Below, in pieces: positions 19,092 to 28,827 of a stretch of 58,927 nucleotides of DNA. The position numbers and the translations under genes were made by a program. The DNA is taken from the NCBI GenBank assembly GCA_904419735.1, contig CAJFSR010000002.1, positions 1-58,927 on the forward strand, given 5' to 3'. The notes under the pieces are model-generated. The model saw nothing but the letters and a program-made list of their open reading frames with translations. It did no database searches and was not told the origin of the DNA. This DNA comes from Candidatus Neochristensenella gallicola. GTDB lineage: Bacteria > Bacillota > Clostridia > Christensenellales > QALW01. Positions within the stretch are counted from its first letter, which is position 1. The number at the start of each line of letters is the position of its first letter.

Positions 19092-19673
19092 AAGGTGGTA
19101 GCAAATCGGGTAAACCTTGCGGCTTAGGTCGAGCCGGATTTCCCTGCGTCCTGCCCCCCGTCGCCGAAAGGGCGGTTTCCCATTAAAGGGCGTATTGCGC
19201 CGTTGCCGGTACGCAACGCTCGATAGCCACTTAGACCACACTATAATCCCCGAAATGCCGTAAACAGTCTAGGAGATTTCCTCGGCAGCGCGCCGTGCCT
19301 CTAGCCTCTTTTGCAGATAAGATTTCAAAAGGCCGTCACTCCGCTTATGCATGGCCGTGCTTTAAACGGGTGTTCCTTTATCCCTCAAAATCCACTCAAG
19401 GCAGGCTACGCTGTACACAGCGCCATTAAACGGCACCGCATAGCAGGTTCATCCATATTCAGTAGCTTATAAAAGGCCACCGCAATATGTCTCCGCGGCG
19501 GCTGGGTCAACGCCCGCATGCCATTGCGGATCGCCCAACCGCCTTAACTCCCAGCACAAACCCCGGACTGGGCGTCCGAAGCCTGCACAAGAAACTTCAT
19601 CGATATGCCCTTTGACGATTTTTTAATCCCGTCTTCAAGGCACGGCGAACTGACTAGAATACTGCACCACCTT
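19092..19673 (-). ncRNA. ole: OLE RNA (ornate, large, extremophilic), ~580 nt
   Basis: Minus strand GTGCAGTATTCTAGTCAG...AAAGGGCATATCGATGAAGTT...GTGCTGGGAGTTAAG...GCGATCCGCAATGGCATG...CGTTGACCC...GTGTGGTCTAAGTGG; terminal pairing AAGGTGGT/ACCACCTT; followed by oapA. Confidence 0.92.
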
Positions 19674-19689
19674 AACAATCATATTTATT

Positions 19690-19968
19690 TACCTTAAATT
19701 GACAAGGGGATACACGCCTCCGGCGGTCTGATTCCGGCATTTTCTGCGTCGTCGTCAATGGGTGTGCGTTCAGTACACCTCATTCCTCATTCCGCTTCCT
19801 TGAAAATGCCGGAATCAAACCTGCCGGAGGCCGAAGAGTCAGACAGCGGCCGTTTGGGCGCCCTGCAAGGCGCCTGAACGACGTGTACCGGGCGTACACG
19901 GAGCGAAAAGCAACACGGCACGTGAACAGCCCTGTCCTGACCGTATATGCCCTTGTCAATTTAGGGTA
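19690..19968 (-). mobile_element. MITE family A copy 3 (279 bp), 16 bp upstream of the OLE RNA
   Basis: taccttaaattgacaaggg...cccttgtcaatttagggta; homologous interior. Confidence 0.9.
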
Positions 19969-20053
19969 ACTAAAAGCAGCTCTATTCTGTGCATATAAAT
20001 CCTGTTGCCGGTTCTATATATGGCGGTTGAATAAAACCGGCCTTTGTATTTAT

Positions 20054-20081
20054 ATTATAACATAGTAAAATTAAAATGCAA
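20054..20081 (-). promoter_or_regulatory. Probable sigma-A promoter for ole-oapA-dxs
   Basis: Minus strand TTGCAT, 16-nt spacer, TATAAT with an extended -10 TGn. Confidence 0.55.
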
Positions 20082-20112
20082 GTTTAAACCATCTATATTT
20101 TTATAATGTTCA

Positions 20113-20709
20113 TTATTCTCCTTTTGGATATATTAATTCCTCCATGCGCTCAAGCAGCCGTTCCCGGCCGCTGCCGTTTACAGATGAAATGGGATAAATG
20201 CCGGAGGTGATTATCCCTGTCTCCCGTGAAAGCTCATTTAATCTCTTTGCCTGCTGTGCCCTGGAAAGCTTATCCGCCTTTGTTGCAATAATGCTGAAGG
20301 GTTTTTGATAATAATAAAGCCAGTCCAGCATCATTTTATCGTCAGATGTGGGATGATGGCGTATGTCCAAAAGCAGAAATACATGTTTCAGCTGTGCGCT
20401 GCTATTTAAGTAATATTCAATCAGCTCACTGAAGCGCTGCTTTTCTTTTTCTTCTATTTTAGCAAAGCCGTATCCGGGCAAATCCATAAGGCAAAAGCTC
20501 TGATTGATGATAAAAGCGTTTATAATTCTTGTCTTGCCCGGAGTCTTGCCTATTTTGGCCAGCCTGGAGTTGCGGGTAAGCATATTTATAAGGCTGGATT
20601 TGCCTACATTTGAGCGCCCGGCCACAGCTATTTCAGGCAGGCTGCCGGGACGGTACTGCTCAGGCAGTGCAAAGCCGTAAGCATATTCAGCTCTTTTTAT
20701 CTCCATCAT
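20113..20709 (-). CDS. yihA: Ribosome biogenesis GTPase YihA/YsxC
   Basis: GRSNVGKSSLIN, TPGKT, DLPGYG, TKADK. Confidence 0.96.
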   Translation of the reverse strand: MMEIKRAEYAYGFALPEQYRPGSLPEIAVAGRSNVGKSSLINMLTRNSRLAKIGKTPGKTRIINAFIINQSFCLMDLPGYGFAKIEEKEKQRFSELIEYYLNSSAQLKHVFLLLDIRHHPTSDDKMMLDWLYYYQKPFSIIATKADKLSRAQQAKRLNELSRETGIITSGIYPISSVNGSGRERLLERMEELIYPKGE

Positions 20710-23047
20710 TAACAGCCCTCCTGCCGCTTTCCTTTTTTACCGGCATCCTTACAAGTATGTTTTTAAGCACCTGGTTAATTTGGCTGACCGGAATAAATTC
20801 TATTTCCCCTGCTATTTCTTCGGGGATTTCGGATATATCCTCCATATTATCCGCAGGTATTATTATGCGTTTTATCCCTGCCCTGTATGCCGCAAGCGCT
20901 TTTTCCTTAAGCCCTCCTATGGGCAGAACACTGCCGCTCAGCGTTATTTCGCCTGTCATGGCTGTATCGCAGCGCACGGGAATGCCGCTCAGCACAGAAA
21001 CCATAGCAGTAAACATGCTTATGCCGGCGGATGGTCCGTCCTTGGGCATTGCTCCTTCGGGAATATGGATATGGATATCCTTTTTCTTATGGAAATCCGG
21101 ATTAATGCCCCAGCTTTCGGCATTGGCGCGTATAAGGCCCATTCCTGTCATTGCGGATTCCTTCATAACGTCGCCCAGGTGGCCGGTAAGCACTAATTCT
21201 CCGCTGCCCGGCATAACCGCCGTTTCTATGTTAAGGGTTTCGCCGCCTACGCTGGTCCAGGCCAGGCCGGTAACTATGCCTATGGCATCCTTTTTATTGG
21301 CGTCTCCCCTGTGTATTTTCTTATCAGATAAATAATGCTCAAGATTATTTATATCAACAGTTATATTTTCAGTTTTGTTTTTAACCACTTCTATTGCTGC
21401 CTTGCGGCAAATAGCCCCCAGGCGGCGTTCAAGGCTCCTTACGCCGGCTTCCCGCGTATAGTCGTTTATTATTTTTAAGAGAGCCTCGTCTGTTATTGTT
21501 ACTGAAGCTTCTTTCAGGCCGTGCTCCTTTATCTGTCTGGGCAGAAGATGCCGTTTGGCAATCTGGAGCTTTTCCTGGTCGGTGTAGCCCGAAAGCTGAA
21601 TAAGCTCCATGCGGTCAAGGAGGGGACGCGGAATAGTATCGGAGGTATTGGCGGTAGTAATGAACATAACCTTGCTTAAATCGTAGGGCACCTCAAGATA
21701 GTGGTCGCTGAAGGAGCTGTTCTGCTCCGAATCCAGAACCTCAAGCATGGCAGAAGCCGGGTCGCCCCTGAAATCGCTGGACATTTTATCTATTTCGTCC
21801 AGCAGGAAAAGCGGATTAACCGTGCCCGCCTGGCGCATATGATAGATTATTTTACCGGGCAGCGCACCGACATATGTGCGCCTGTGACCGCGGATTTCAG
21901 CCTCGTCCCGAACGCCGCCCAAGGACATCCTGACAAAGCTGCGCCCAAGCGCCTTGGCAATAGAACGGGCAATGGAGGTTTTTCCAACGCCCGGAGGGCC
22001 GACAAGGCAGAGTATTGGGCCGTGCATGCTTTTTGTGAGGGTGTGCACCGCTAAAAATTCCAGTATTCTCTCCTTAACTTTTTGCAGGCCGTAATGATCC
22101 GCTTCCAATATTTCTGAGGCATAATCCAAATCCTCGTTGTCTTGTGATTCCTCAGACCAGGGCAATTCCAGCATCCATTCCAGATAGGTGCGTATCAGAG
22201 CGCCTTCAGGCATGCCCGCCGGCATGCGCTTCATGCGCTCCAGCTCTTTGAGTGCCTTTTTCTTGGCTATATCGCTCATATCGCTTTTATTAATACGCTG
22301 ATTCAGTTCTTCAATTTCTTCAGTATCTCCCTCGCCCAGCTCCTTTTGTATGGCCTTTACCTGTTCTCTGAGATAATATTCCTTTTGGGACTGGTCAATC
22401 TGGCGCTTTACCCTGACAGATATCTTTTTTTCCATTTCAATTATCTGTATTTCAGACAGAAGAAATTCATACAGCCGCTCCAGCCGTTTAACGGGGTCAA
22501 AAATATCCAGCATTTCCTGCCTCTGTTCATCATTTTCCAATACGCTGGCCGTCATAAGGTCGGCAAAATAAGACGGGTCGTTGACCGCTTTAAGAGACTG
22601 GATTATATCGGAGGATACTTTGCCTGATTCCTGGGCATATTCCTCAAATACGCCCATAATAAGGCGCATAAGGGCCGCGGCCTGTATGTGGTCGTATACA
22701 AATTCATCCGCTACTTCGTTTATAACGGCCTCAAACATATGCTCCTGGCTGGTAATAGCCTTTATTTCGGCCCGGTATAAGCCTTCGGCCAGTATGCGCA
22801 CAGTATCGCCGGGAATCCTCAAAACCTGCTTTATACGGCATACGCAGCCTACCTTTGCTAAATCGTCCAGCATGGGATCCTCTATTGCAGCCTCTTTTTG
22901 GCTTATCAAAAAAATCTGCTGGCTGGAAAGCATGGCGTTTTCTATTGCGGCCTTGGATTTCTCCCGCGCAACATCCACATGCATGGACATACTGGGAAAT
23001 ATCGCCATTCCCCTCATAGGAATCATAGGCAGTGTGAGCTCGCTCAT
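20687..23047 (-). CDS. lon: ATP-dependent protease La
   Basis: N-terminal LON domain, GPPGVGKT Walker A, LLDEIDK, PKDGPSAG catalytic Ser, IGGLKEK; start chosen at MSELTL. Confidence 0.97.
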   Translation of the reverse strand: MSELTLPMIPMRGMAIFPSMSMHVDVAREKSKAAIENAMLSSQQIFLISQKEAAIEDPMLDDLAKVGCVCRIKQVLRIPGDTVRILAEGLYRAEIKAITSQEHMFEAVINEVADEFVYDHIQAAALMRLIMGVFEEYAQESGKVSSDIIQSLKAVNDPSYFADLMTASVLENDEQRQEMLDIFDPVKRLERLYEFLLSEIQIIEMEKKISVRVKRQIDQSQKEYYLREQVKAIQKELGEGDTEEIEELNQRINKSDMSDIAKKKALKELERMKRMPAGMPEGALIRTYLEWMLELPWSEESQDNEDLDYASEILEADHYGLQKVKERILEFLAVHTLTKSMHGPILCLVGPPGVGKTSIARSIAKALGRSFVRMSLGGVRDEAEIRGHRRTYVGALPGKIIYHMRQAGTVNPLFLLDEIDKMSSDFRGDPASAMLEVLDSEQNSSFSDHYLEVPYDLSKVMFITTANTSDTIPRPLLDRMELIQLSGYTDQEKLQIAKRHLLPRQIKEHGLKEASVTITDEALLKIINDYTREAGVRSLERRLGAICRKAAIEVVKNKTENITVDINNLEHYLSDKKIHRGDANKKDAIGIVTGLAWTSVGGETLNIETAVMPGSGELVLTGHLGDVMKESAMTGMGLIRANAESWGINPDFHKKKDIHIHIPEGAMPKDGPSAGISMFTAMVSVLSGIPVRCDTAMTGEITLSGSVLPIGGLKEKALAAYRAGIKRIIIPADNMEDISEIPEEIAGEIEFIPVSQINQVLKNILVRMPVKKESGRRAVNDGDKKS

Positions 23048-23253
23048 ATATTCTCCGTTTCCTCCGGTCTGCGCACAGGCGGCCGGCATAGTAATAATCA
23101 AAAAAATTCGGCTTGATGTATAAGCCGCTAATATATATTATATATTGTTTGCAGTTAAAAAGCAAATATAATAAATGTGAACGCGAATGATTTTCCTGTA
23201 TAAAATAATAAGAGCGCGCTAGTGCGCGCCCGTAACAAAACAAATTACTTAAT

Positions 23254-24396
23254 TCAGCTAAACCAATCGCCGCAGTCATAATCGCCGGAATCTAAATTAA
23301 AGCTCGCGTCTATACCTATAACTACGAATTTTCTGAGTTTAACCCGCGTTATCTGAGACCAAGCCCCGCTCATATTCTGGTCGTTATGGTTTATAAAGCG
23401 TATGGCCGGCTCAATATGCCAGGAATGAGCTTCTCGCCAGGGAATCACTTCTACATACCATTCCTTTACGTTTCCATAAGGCAGATGATTGGTTATTGTT
23501 TGGGAATCGCTATTATACGAATGACTATAAGAATATCCGATATTGCCTTCCAATGTGTCTACTCCCCCGGTTATTCCAATATTTAATGTATCCGAGTATG
23601 TACCATCGCTTTTTAAATATGTATCTTCAATACATTCTTGATTGCCCGCGTTGCAATGCATACGGGTATCGTATTCTTCTACGCCCCACGGGGAATACGG
23701 CGTAACCCTCATTAAAGATACAACATCCCACATGCTTTTCCGCGTACCGTTCTGCATATATTTTGCCCGCTTATATACATACTGCCTGCACCATGTCTGT
23801 CCGATAGTTTCGCCGTCCCTAGTCAAATTTACGGCAAAGTTGTACATCTTATAAGGTGCAGTGCTGTTTGCGGCCGCAGCCTGCGCTGTATCATTAGATA
23901 ATCCCAAATTATCCCTTATGCTTTCAAATGTTTGAGCCGTAATCTGAGGCTTGGTAAAAACAGTGCTTTCTTCGGCATGAGCATACGCTATTTCGCCGTA
24001 TTCATATCCGTATGCCGTCTTGCATACAAATGTTCCGAGGGTATATTGACCTATTTCTTCATTTGGCACAGTCTGTCCGTTCATTTTAGCCTCAACCTGC
24101 TTTAAAGTGTTATTGCTGAAAATAATAACTGCGCCGTTATCAGCCAGCTGCTTGCATATATCCTTATCCACTCTGCTGATATCGCTCTGCACTATTACTG
24201 ATTGAGGCGCAGCGGCAAGTGTAATATCATTAAATTCGTCAACGGCCATAGTTTGATAGCCTGCATTTGTAGTTGCCGCGTCGTTTACAAGCAGGATATT
24301 CTCCTGAACAACAGCGTTATTTGGCATCGAATAACTGAATGCGCAAAAATTCAGCAATAACATTCCGACCAATACAGCGACTATCGACTTTTTCAT
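23254..24396 (-). CDS. Secreted hypothetical protein; C-terminal half resembles a leukocidin/hemolysin beta-pore-forming fold
   Basis: Signal peptide MKKSIVAV; RBS aaggaag; amphipathic hairpin TLNIGITGG...GNIGYSYSHSY. The function call is tentative. Confidence 0.75.
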   Translation of the reverse strand: MKKSIVAVLVGMLLLNFCAFSYSMPNNAVVQENILLVNDAATTNAGYQTMAVDEFNDITLAAAPQSVIVQSDISRVDKDICKQLADNGAVIIFSNNTLKQVEAKMNGQTVPNEEIGQYTLGTFVCKTAYGYEYGEIAYAHAEESTVFTKPQITAQTFESIRDNLGLSNDTAQAAAANSTAPYKMYNFAVNLTRDGETIGQTWCRQYVYKRAKYMQNGTRKSMWDVVSLMRVTPYSPWGVEEYDTRMHCNAGNQECIEDTYLKSDGTYSDTLNIGITGGVDTLEGNIGYSYSHSYNSDSQTITNHLPYGNVKEWYVEVIPWREAHSWHIEPAIRFINHNDQNMSGAWSQITRVKLRKFVVIGIDASFNLDSGDYDCGDWFS

Positions 24397-24465
24397 AAGC
24401 TTCCTTTCCTTTCTTTTTATTAAAGCGGTAAACCCCGTTTTGACCTCCTTTCGCATTATTCCGCT

Positions 24466-25167
24466 TTAAGAACGTATAAATAATGTTACGGCTCCTTGCA
24501 GAGTGCCATTTTTATATACGCAGCATTTGAAGCAAACGGTTTGAAAATCGAAATCTGTATTATCCACCTGCTGGATGATATCGTTGCTTATCAAATAACA
24601 ATTTTCCCTTTCATAAGCCTGTTTATCAAGCGCTATATTTACATAATCTCCGTCATAGCTTTTTAAAATATCCTCAGCCAAATAAAGCTTTGATAATAAA
24701 TCAGCTTGATAAATGCTTATACTCGTGTCTATTATATCCTGAGCTTTGTGTTTATCTGCCTCTATATAAGAGCCTTGAAGCTTAATTTCAGAATTTCCCT
24801 GACTCAAAATTTGATATAAAATATGCTTGTCTTTTTCAGCGTATAGTTTATAGGCTTGCATATCTATATATTTGAGTATAAGCCCTTGCTCAGTCAATTC
24901 TATATTCATTTCTATTTTATTGAAAAATAGGTTGTCAAAAAGCGTGCCTGAACTTTTGCTTTTATCAAATTGCTCTAATTCCGTTCTGAATAAACTCAAT
25001 GAATTGCTTGCAGGGGTAAAATCACGCCAAGCCGACTCTTTGTTAAGCCAGTCAGCATTACGTGCAACAACTATATAATCTTTTTTAAGCAAGCTTGTAA
25101 AAACAATTACGGCTATTATAACAACTACAATTAAAACAGGAAAAATAATTAATAGTTTTTTTTTCAT
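24466..25167 (-). CDS. Hypothetical N-terminally membrane-anchored protein
   Basis: RBS ggaggg; MKKK followed by one hydrophobic helix; AT-rich coding sequence. Confidence 0.75.
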   Translation of the reverse strand: MKKKLLIIFPVLIVVVIIAVIVFTSLLKKDYIVVARNADWLNKESAWRDFTPASNSLSLFRTELEQFDKSKSSGTLFDNLFFNKIEMNIELTEQGLILKYIDMQAYKLYAEKDKHILYQILSQGNSEIKLQGSYIEADKHKAQDIIDTSISIYQADLLSKLYLAEDILKSYDGDYVNIALDKQAYERENCYLISNDIIQQVDNTDFDFQTVCFKCCVYKNGTLQGAVTLFIRS

Positions 25168-25262
25168 AGAAATGCCCTCCAAAGAAAATATTGGGTTTCT
25201 ACTATTATTATATTAATAAATATATTGATAGTTGTCAATAGTATTTTTAAAATTAATTATAA

Positions 25263-25291
25263 AAAACGGCAGTTTTGTTTACTGCCGTTTT
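25263..25291 (-). terminator. Terminator after clpX
   Basis: aaaacggcagt-tttgttt-actgccgtttt. Confidence 0.8.
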
Positions 25292-25307
25292 AAACGGATA
25301 TATATTT

Positions 25308-26573
25308 TTATGACACCTGATCCTTTTTCCTGGTTTTGATTTTTTCCAGAAGAGGAGGCTGTTTATCAGTAATGCACTGTTCGGTAACTACGCATTTTGA
25401 TATATTTTCCATAGAAGGAAGCTCAAACATGGTTTGAGTAAGCGCTTCCTCTATTATGGAACGCAGGCCGCGCGCGCCGGTTTTGCGGCTTATTGCTTTA
25501 TGCGCGATGGCTCTTACAGCTTCGGGGTCGAATTTTAATTCTACTCCGTCAATTTCAAACAGCCGGGCATATTGCTTAACAAGCGCATTTTTAGGCTGAG
25601 TAAGGATATCTACAAGCATATCCTCATTTAATGCATTTAAGGTTACTATACTGGCAAGCCGGCCGATAAGTTCGGGTATAAGGCCGAATTTGACCAAGTC
25701 CTGGGGCATGACCTGCTTTAAGACTTCCCCTATATCCTGCTGCCGTGAAAGCAGCTTGATTTCAGAGCCGAAGCCAACGGTCTTTTTGCCTACCCGGCTT
25801 TCTATTATCTTTTCCAGTCCGTCAAAGGCGCCTCCGCAGATAAAGAGAATGTTGGTGGTGTCCAGCTGTATGATTTCCTGGTGAGGATGCTTGCGCCCGC
25901 CTGTGGGAGGCACATGCGCAACAGTCCCTTCCAGTATCTTAAGCAGAGCCTGCTGCACGCCTTCGCCTGAAACGTCCCGCGTAATGCTGGGATTGTCTGA
26001 ACGGCGGGAAATTTTATCTATTTCGTCTATATAGATTATGCCCCGCTCGGCTTTGGGTAAATCATAATCAGCCGCCTGAATAAGGCGAAGCAGGATGTTT
26101 TCCACATCATCGCCCACATAGCCCGCTTCGGTTAAGGTAGTAGCATCGGCAATGGCAAAGGGCACATTCAATATCCGGGCCAGCGTCTGGGCAAGATAGG
26201 TTTTGCCCGTGCCGGTAGGACCAATCATCAGAATATTGCTCTTTTGAATCTCTACATCGTCGTTGCTCTTTTTATAGGCTATGCGCTTATAGTGATTGTA
26301 TACCGCGACAGCAAGCGCTTTTTTAGCATCATCCTGCCCTATTACATATTGATCCAGCGTAGCCTTTATTTCTGCCGGCTTGGGGAGATATATCTCATTA
26401 ACCGCAGCGCTGTTTTCCATTTCGGGCGCTTCTTCTAAAGCCTCCAGGCAGTCCTCTATGCATTCATCGCAGATGAAAATTCCCGGAGGGCCGGCTACCA
26501 GCCGCTTAACCTGGTCGCGCGTGCGGTTGCAGAAAGTACATCTTATTATTCTCTTATCATCATATTTAGGCAT
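25308..26573 (-). CDS. clpX: ATP-dependent Clp protease ATP-binding subunit
   Basis: C4 zinc finger, [20 protein letters not shown] loop, VGF loop, TGARGLR. Confidence 0.97.
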   Translation of the reverse strand: MPKYDDKRIIRCTFCNRTRDQVKRLVAGPPGIFICDECIEDCLEALEEAPEMENSAAVNEIYLPKPAEIKATLDQYVIGQDDAKKALAVAVYNHYKRIAYKKSNDDVEIQKSNILMIGPTGTGKTYLAQTLARILNVPFAIADATTLTEAGYVGDDVENILLRLIQAADYDLPKAERGIIYIDEIDKISRRSDNPSITRDVSGEGVQQALLKILEGTVAHVPPTGGRKHPHQEIIQLDTTNILFICGGAFDGLEKIIESRVGKKTVGFGSEIKLLSRQQDIGEVLKQVMPQDLVKFGLIPELIGRLASIVTLNALNEDMLVDILTQPKNALVKQYARLFEIDGVELKFDPEAVRAIAHKAISRKTGARGLRSIIEEALTQTMFELPSMENISKCVVTEQCITDKQPPLLEKIKTRKKDQVS

Positions 26574-26585
26574 TTGACGCCTCCT

Positions 26586-27164
26586 TTAATGAGATTGGAT
26601 GATAGTATCTATAAGCCCGTAATCCAGAGCCTCCTGAGCCGAGAGGAAATGGTCCCTCTCAACGTCCTGCTCTATCCGTTCAATAGGCTGCCCTGTACAC
26701 TCGGCAAGTATACTGTTTAATTTAGTTCTGGTCTTTAAGAGGTGCTCGGCGTGAATAGCCACATCGCTGGCCTGGCCCTGAGCGCCGCCAAGCGGCTGAT
26801 GTATCATTATTTCGCTGTTAGGCAGAGCAATCCGCTTGCCCTTTTCGCCTGCGGTCAGCAGCAGAGAGCCCATAGAAGCAGCCATGCCGATGCAGATTGT
26901 GGATACAGGGGCCTTTATATAACGCATGGTATCAAATATGGCCATGCCGGCCGTAACCGAACCGCCGGGGCTGTTGATATAAAGGGATATATCCTTATCC
27001 GGGTCGTCAGCCTCCAGGAACAGAAGCTGCGCCACGATAAGATTGGCCATATTGCTGTCTATTTCTCCGCCTAAAAATACAATACGGTCCTGTAACAGGC
27101 GGGAATATATATCATAGGAGCGTTCTCCTCTGGTGGTTTGCTCTACAACATAAGGAATCAGCAT
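26586..27164 (-). CDS. clpP: ATP-dependent Clp protease proteolytic subunit
   Basis: [28 protein letters not shown]. Confidence 0.97.
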   Translation of the reverse strand: MLIPYVVEQTTRGERSYDIYSRLLQDRIVFLGGEIDSNMANLIVAQLLFLEADDPDKDISLYINSPGGSVTAGMAIFDTMRYIKAPVSTICIGMAASMGSLLLTAGEKGKRIALPNSEIMIHQPLGGAQGQASDVAIHAEHLLKTRTKLNSILAECTGQPIERIEQDVERDHFLSAQEALDYGLIDTIIQSH

Positions 27165-27193
27165 TTTTACACCTCCGCAACATCTTAAGAATA

Positions 27194-28669
27194 TTATTCG
27201 GCCGGAGTCTCTTCAGCCGGCGCTTTTTTAGTTTGCCGCGGCTTCCGGGCGGGCTTTTCAGGCTTGGTTTCGGTTTCCGCCGCATTTGTCTTATCTTCAG
27301 CCTGCTCTGCGGCCGCTTCGGCTTCATTCTCACTCTCGGCGCCTGCTTCCGCTGCTTTTTTCTTGGCGGGAGCGCGTTTTGCAGCAGGCTTGTTGTTCTG
27401 CTTTATAAATTCAAGTATATTGTTTACCGTTACCGTCTCTTTAATATATTCCAGTTCGTCCGGCTTCAGCTCTTTTTTATACTCCTCAGCGTCCTTTTTG
27501 AACATTTCGGCATACCTGGCTATTTCCTTATCAATGCCCTCCTGGTCGGCCTCGATATTTTCCGCCTTTTTAATAGCTTCAAGGACAAGCTGCTGTTTAA
27601 CCGTCTTCTGGGCGTCCTCACGGTACATTTCCCTGAGCTGCGCCACAGTCATGCCCGTATAAGCCAGGTAGTCGGACATCTTAAGCCCCTGATAGCTCAT
27701 GCGCATTTCCATATCGCGCAGATGATAATCAATCTGGCGCTCTATCATGCTGTCGGGAATATCCACTTGGGCTTCTTCGCAAATTTTATCCAAAAGCGCA
27801 TTTTCATATTCATTCTGAGCGCGGCGGTCATTCTGCTCCTTTAATCTTTTAGCGATATCCGCCTTGTATTCTTCCAGCGTGTCAAATTCGCTTACATCCT
27901 TAGCGAATTCATCGTCCGCTTCAGGAAGCTGCTTTTCCTCAATGGCGTTTACCTTTACGGTAAATACCGCATCCTTGCCTTTAAGGTCCTCGGCGTGATA
28001 GTCGTCGGGGAATTTGACGTTTATGTCCTTCTCCTCGCCTATGTTCATGCCGATGAGCTGTTCTTCAAAGCCGGGGATAAAGGAGCCTGAGCCGATAACC
28101 AGAGTCTGGTTTTCAGCAGTGCCGCCGGGGAATTTAACTCCGTCCACACTGCCTGAATAATCCAATTTTATGCTGTCGCCCTCCTTAACCGGCCTGTCCT
28201 CAACCGAAATCATGCGGCCTGCCCGTTCGCGCGCCGTCTGCACTTCTCTTTCTATATCCTCGTCCGAAACATTATACTCATTTTTCTTAATCTTTATACC
28301 CTTATACTTACCCAATACTACTTCGGGCTTAAGATCAACTGTTACAGTAAGCACAATGCTCTTGTCATCCAGAATATCCTTTATATCAACATCGGGACGG
28401 CTTACGGGCTCTAAGCTGTGCTCTTTGACGGCAGCTTCATAAAATTCGGGGAACACCTCGTTAAAGGCGTCGTCAAAGAATACTCCGGCTCCGTAATATT
28501 TTTCCACCAAATTGCGCGGCGCCTTGCCCTTGCGGAAACCGGGAATAGAATATTTGTTTGCTGTTTTTTTGTAAACGTCCGCAACCGCCCTGTCATAGGA
28601 CGCACCGTCCACTGTAATGGTAATCACCGCTTGGTTCTTATCATTTTTTTCATAAGTACTCATAAGCAA
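27194..28669 (-). CDS. tig: Trigger factor with a charged low-complexity C-terminal tail
   Basis: [10 protein letters not shown] signature; FKBP domain [11 protein letters not shown]. Confidence 0.96.
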   Translation of the reverse strand: MLMSTYEKNDKNQAVITITVDGASYDRAVADVYKKTANKYSIPGFRKGKAPRNLVEKYYGAGVFFDDAFNEVFPEFYEAAVKEHSLEPVSRPDVDIKDILDDKSIVLTVTVDLKPEVVLGKYKGIKIKKNEYNVSDEDIEREVQTARERAGRMISVEDRPVKEGDSIKLDYSGSVDGVKFPGGTAENQTLVIGSGSFIPGFEEQLIGMNIGEEKDINVKFPDDYHAEDLKGKDAVFTVKVNAIEEKQLPEADDEFAKDVSEFDTLEEYKADIAKRLKEQNDRRAQNEYENALLDKICEEAQVDIPDSMIERQIDYHLRDMEMRMSYQGLKMSDYLAYTGMTVAQLREMYREDAQKTVKQQLVLEAIKKAENIEADQEGIDKEIARYAEMFKKDAEEYKKELKPDELEYIKETVTVNNILEFIKQNNKPAAKRAPAKKKAAEAGAESENEAEAAAEQAEDKTNAAETETKPEKPARKPRQTKKAPAEETPAE

Positions 28670-28827
28670 TCCTCCAGAAAGTTATACAATTATTCTATGC
28701 AAAAATCATTTTATAGTGTATCATATTAACCGAAACAAAGCAATAACTTTTTGCCTTGTATGCCCAGATTTTTGTAATATTTTAAACAATATCAGGCAAA
28801 AGGCATTAAAAAACGGAGGGAAAGCAT

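Noticed and set aside
19047-19241. 64-aa ORF upstream of oapA
   Set aside because: Lies within the 3' part of the OLE RNA
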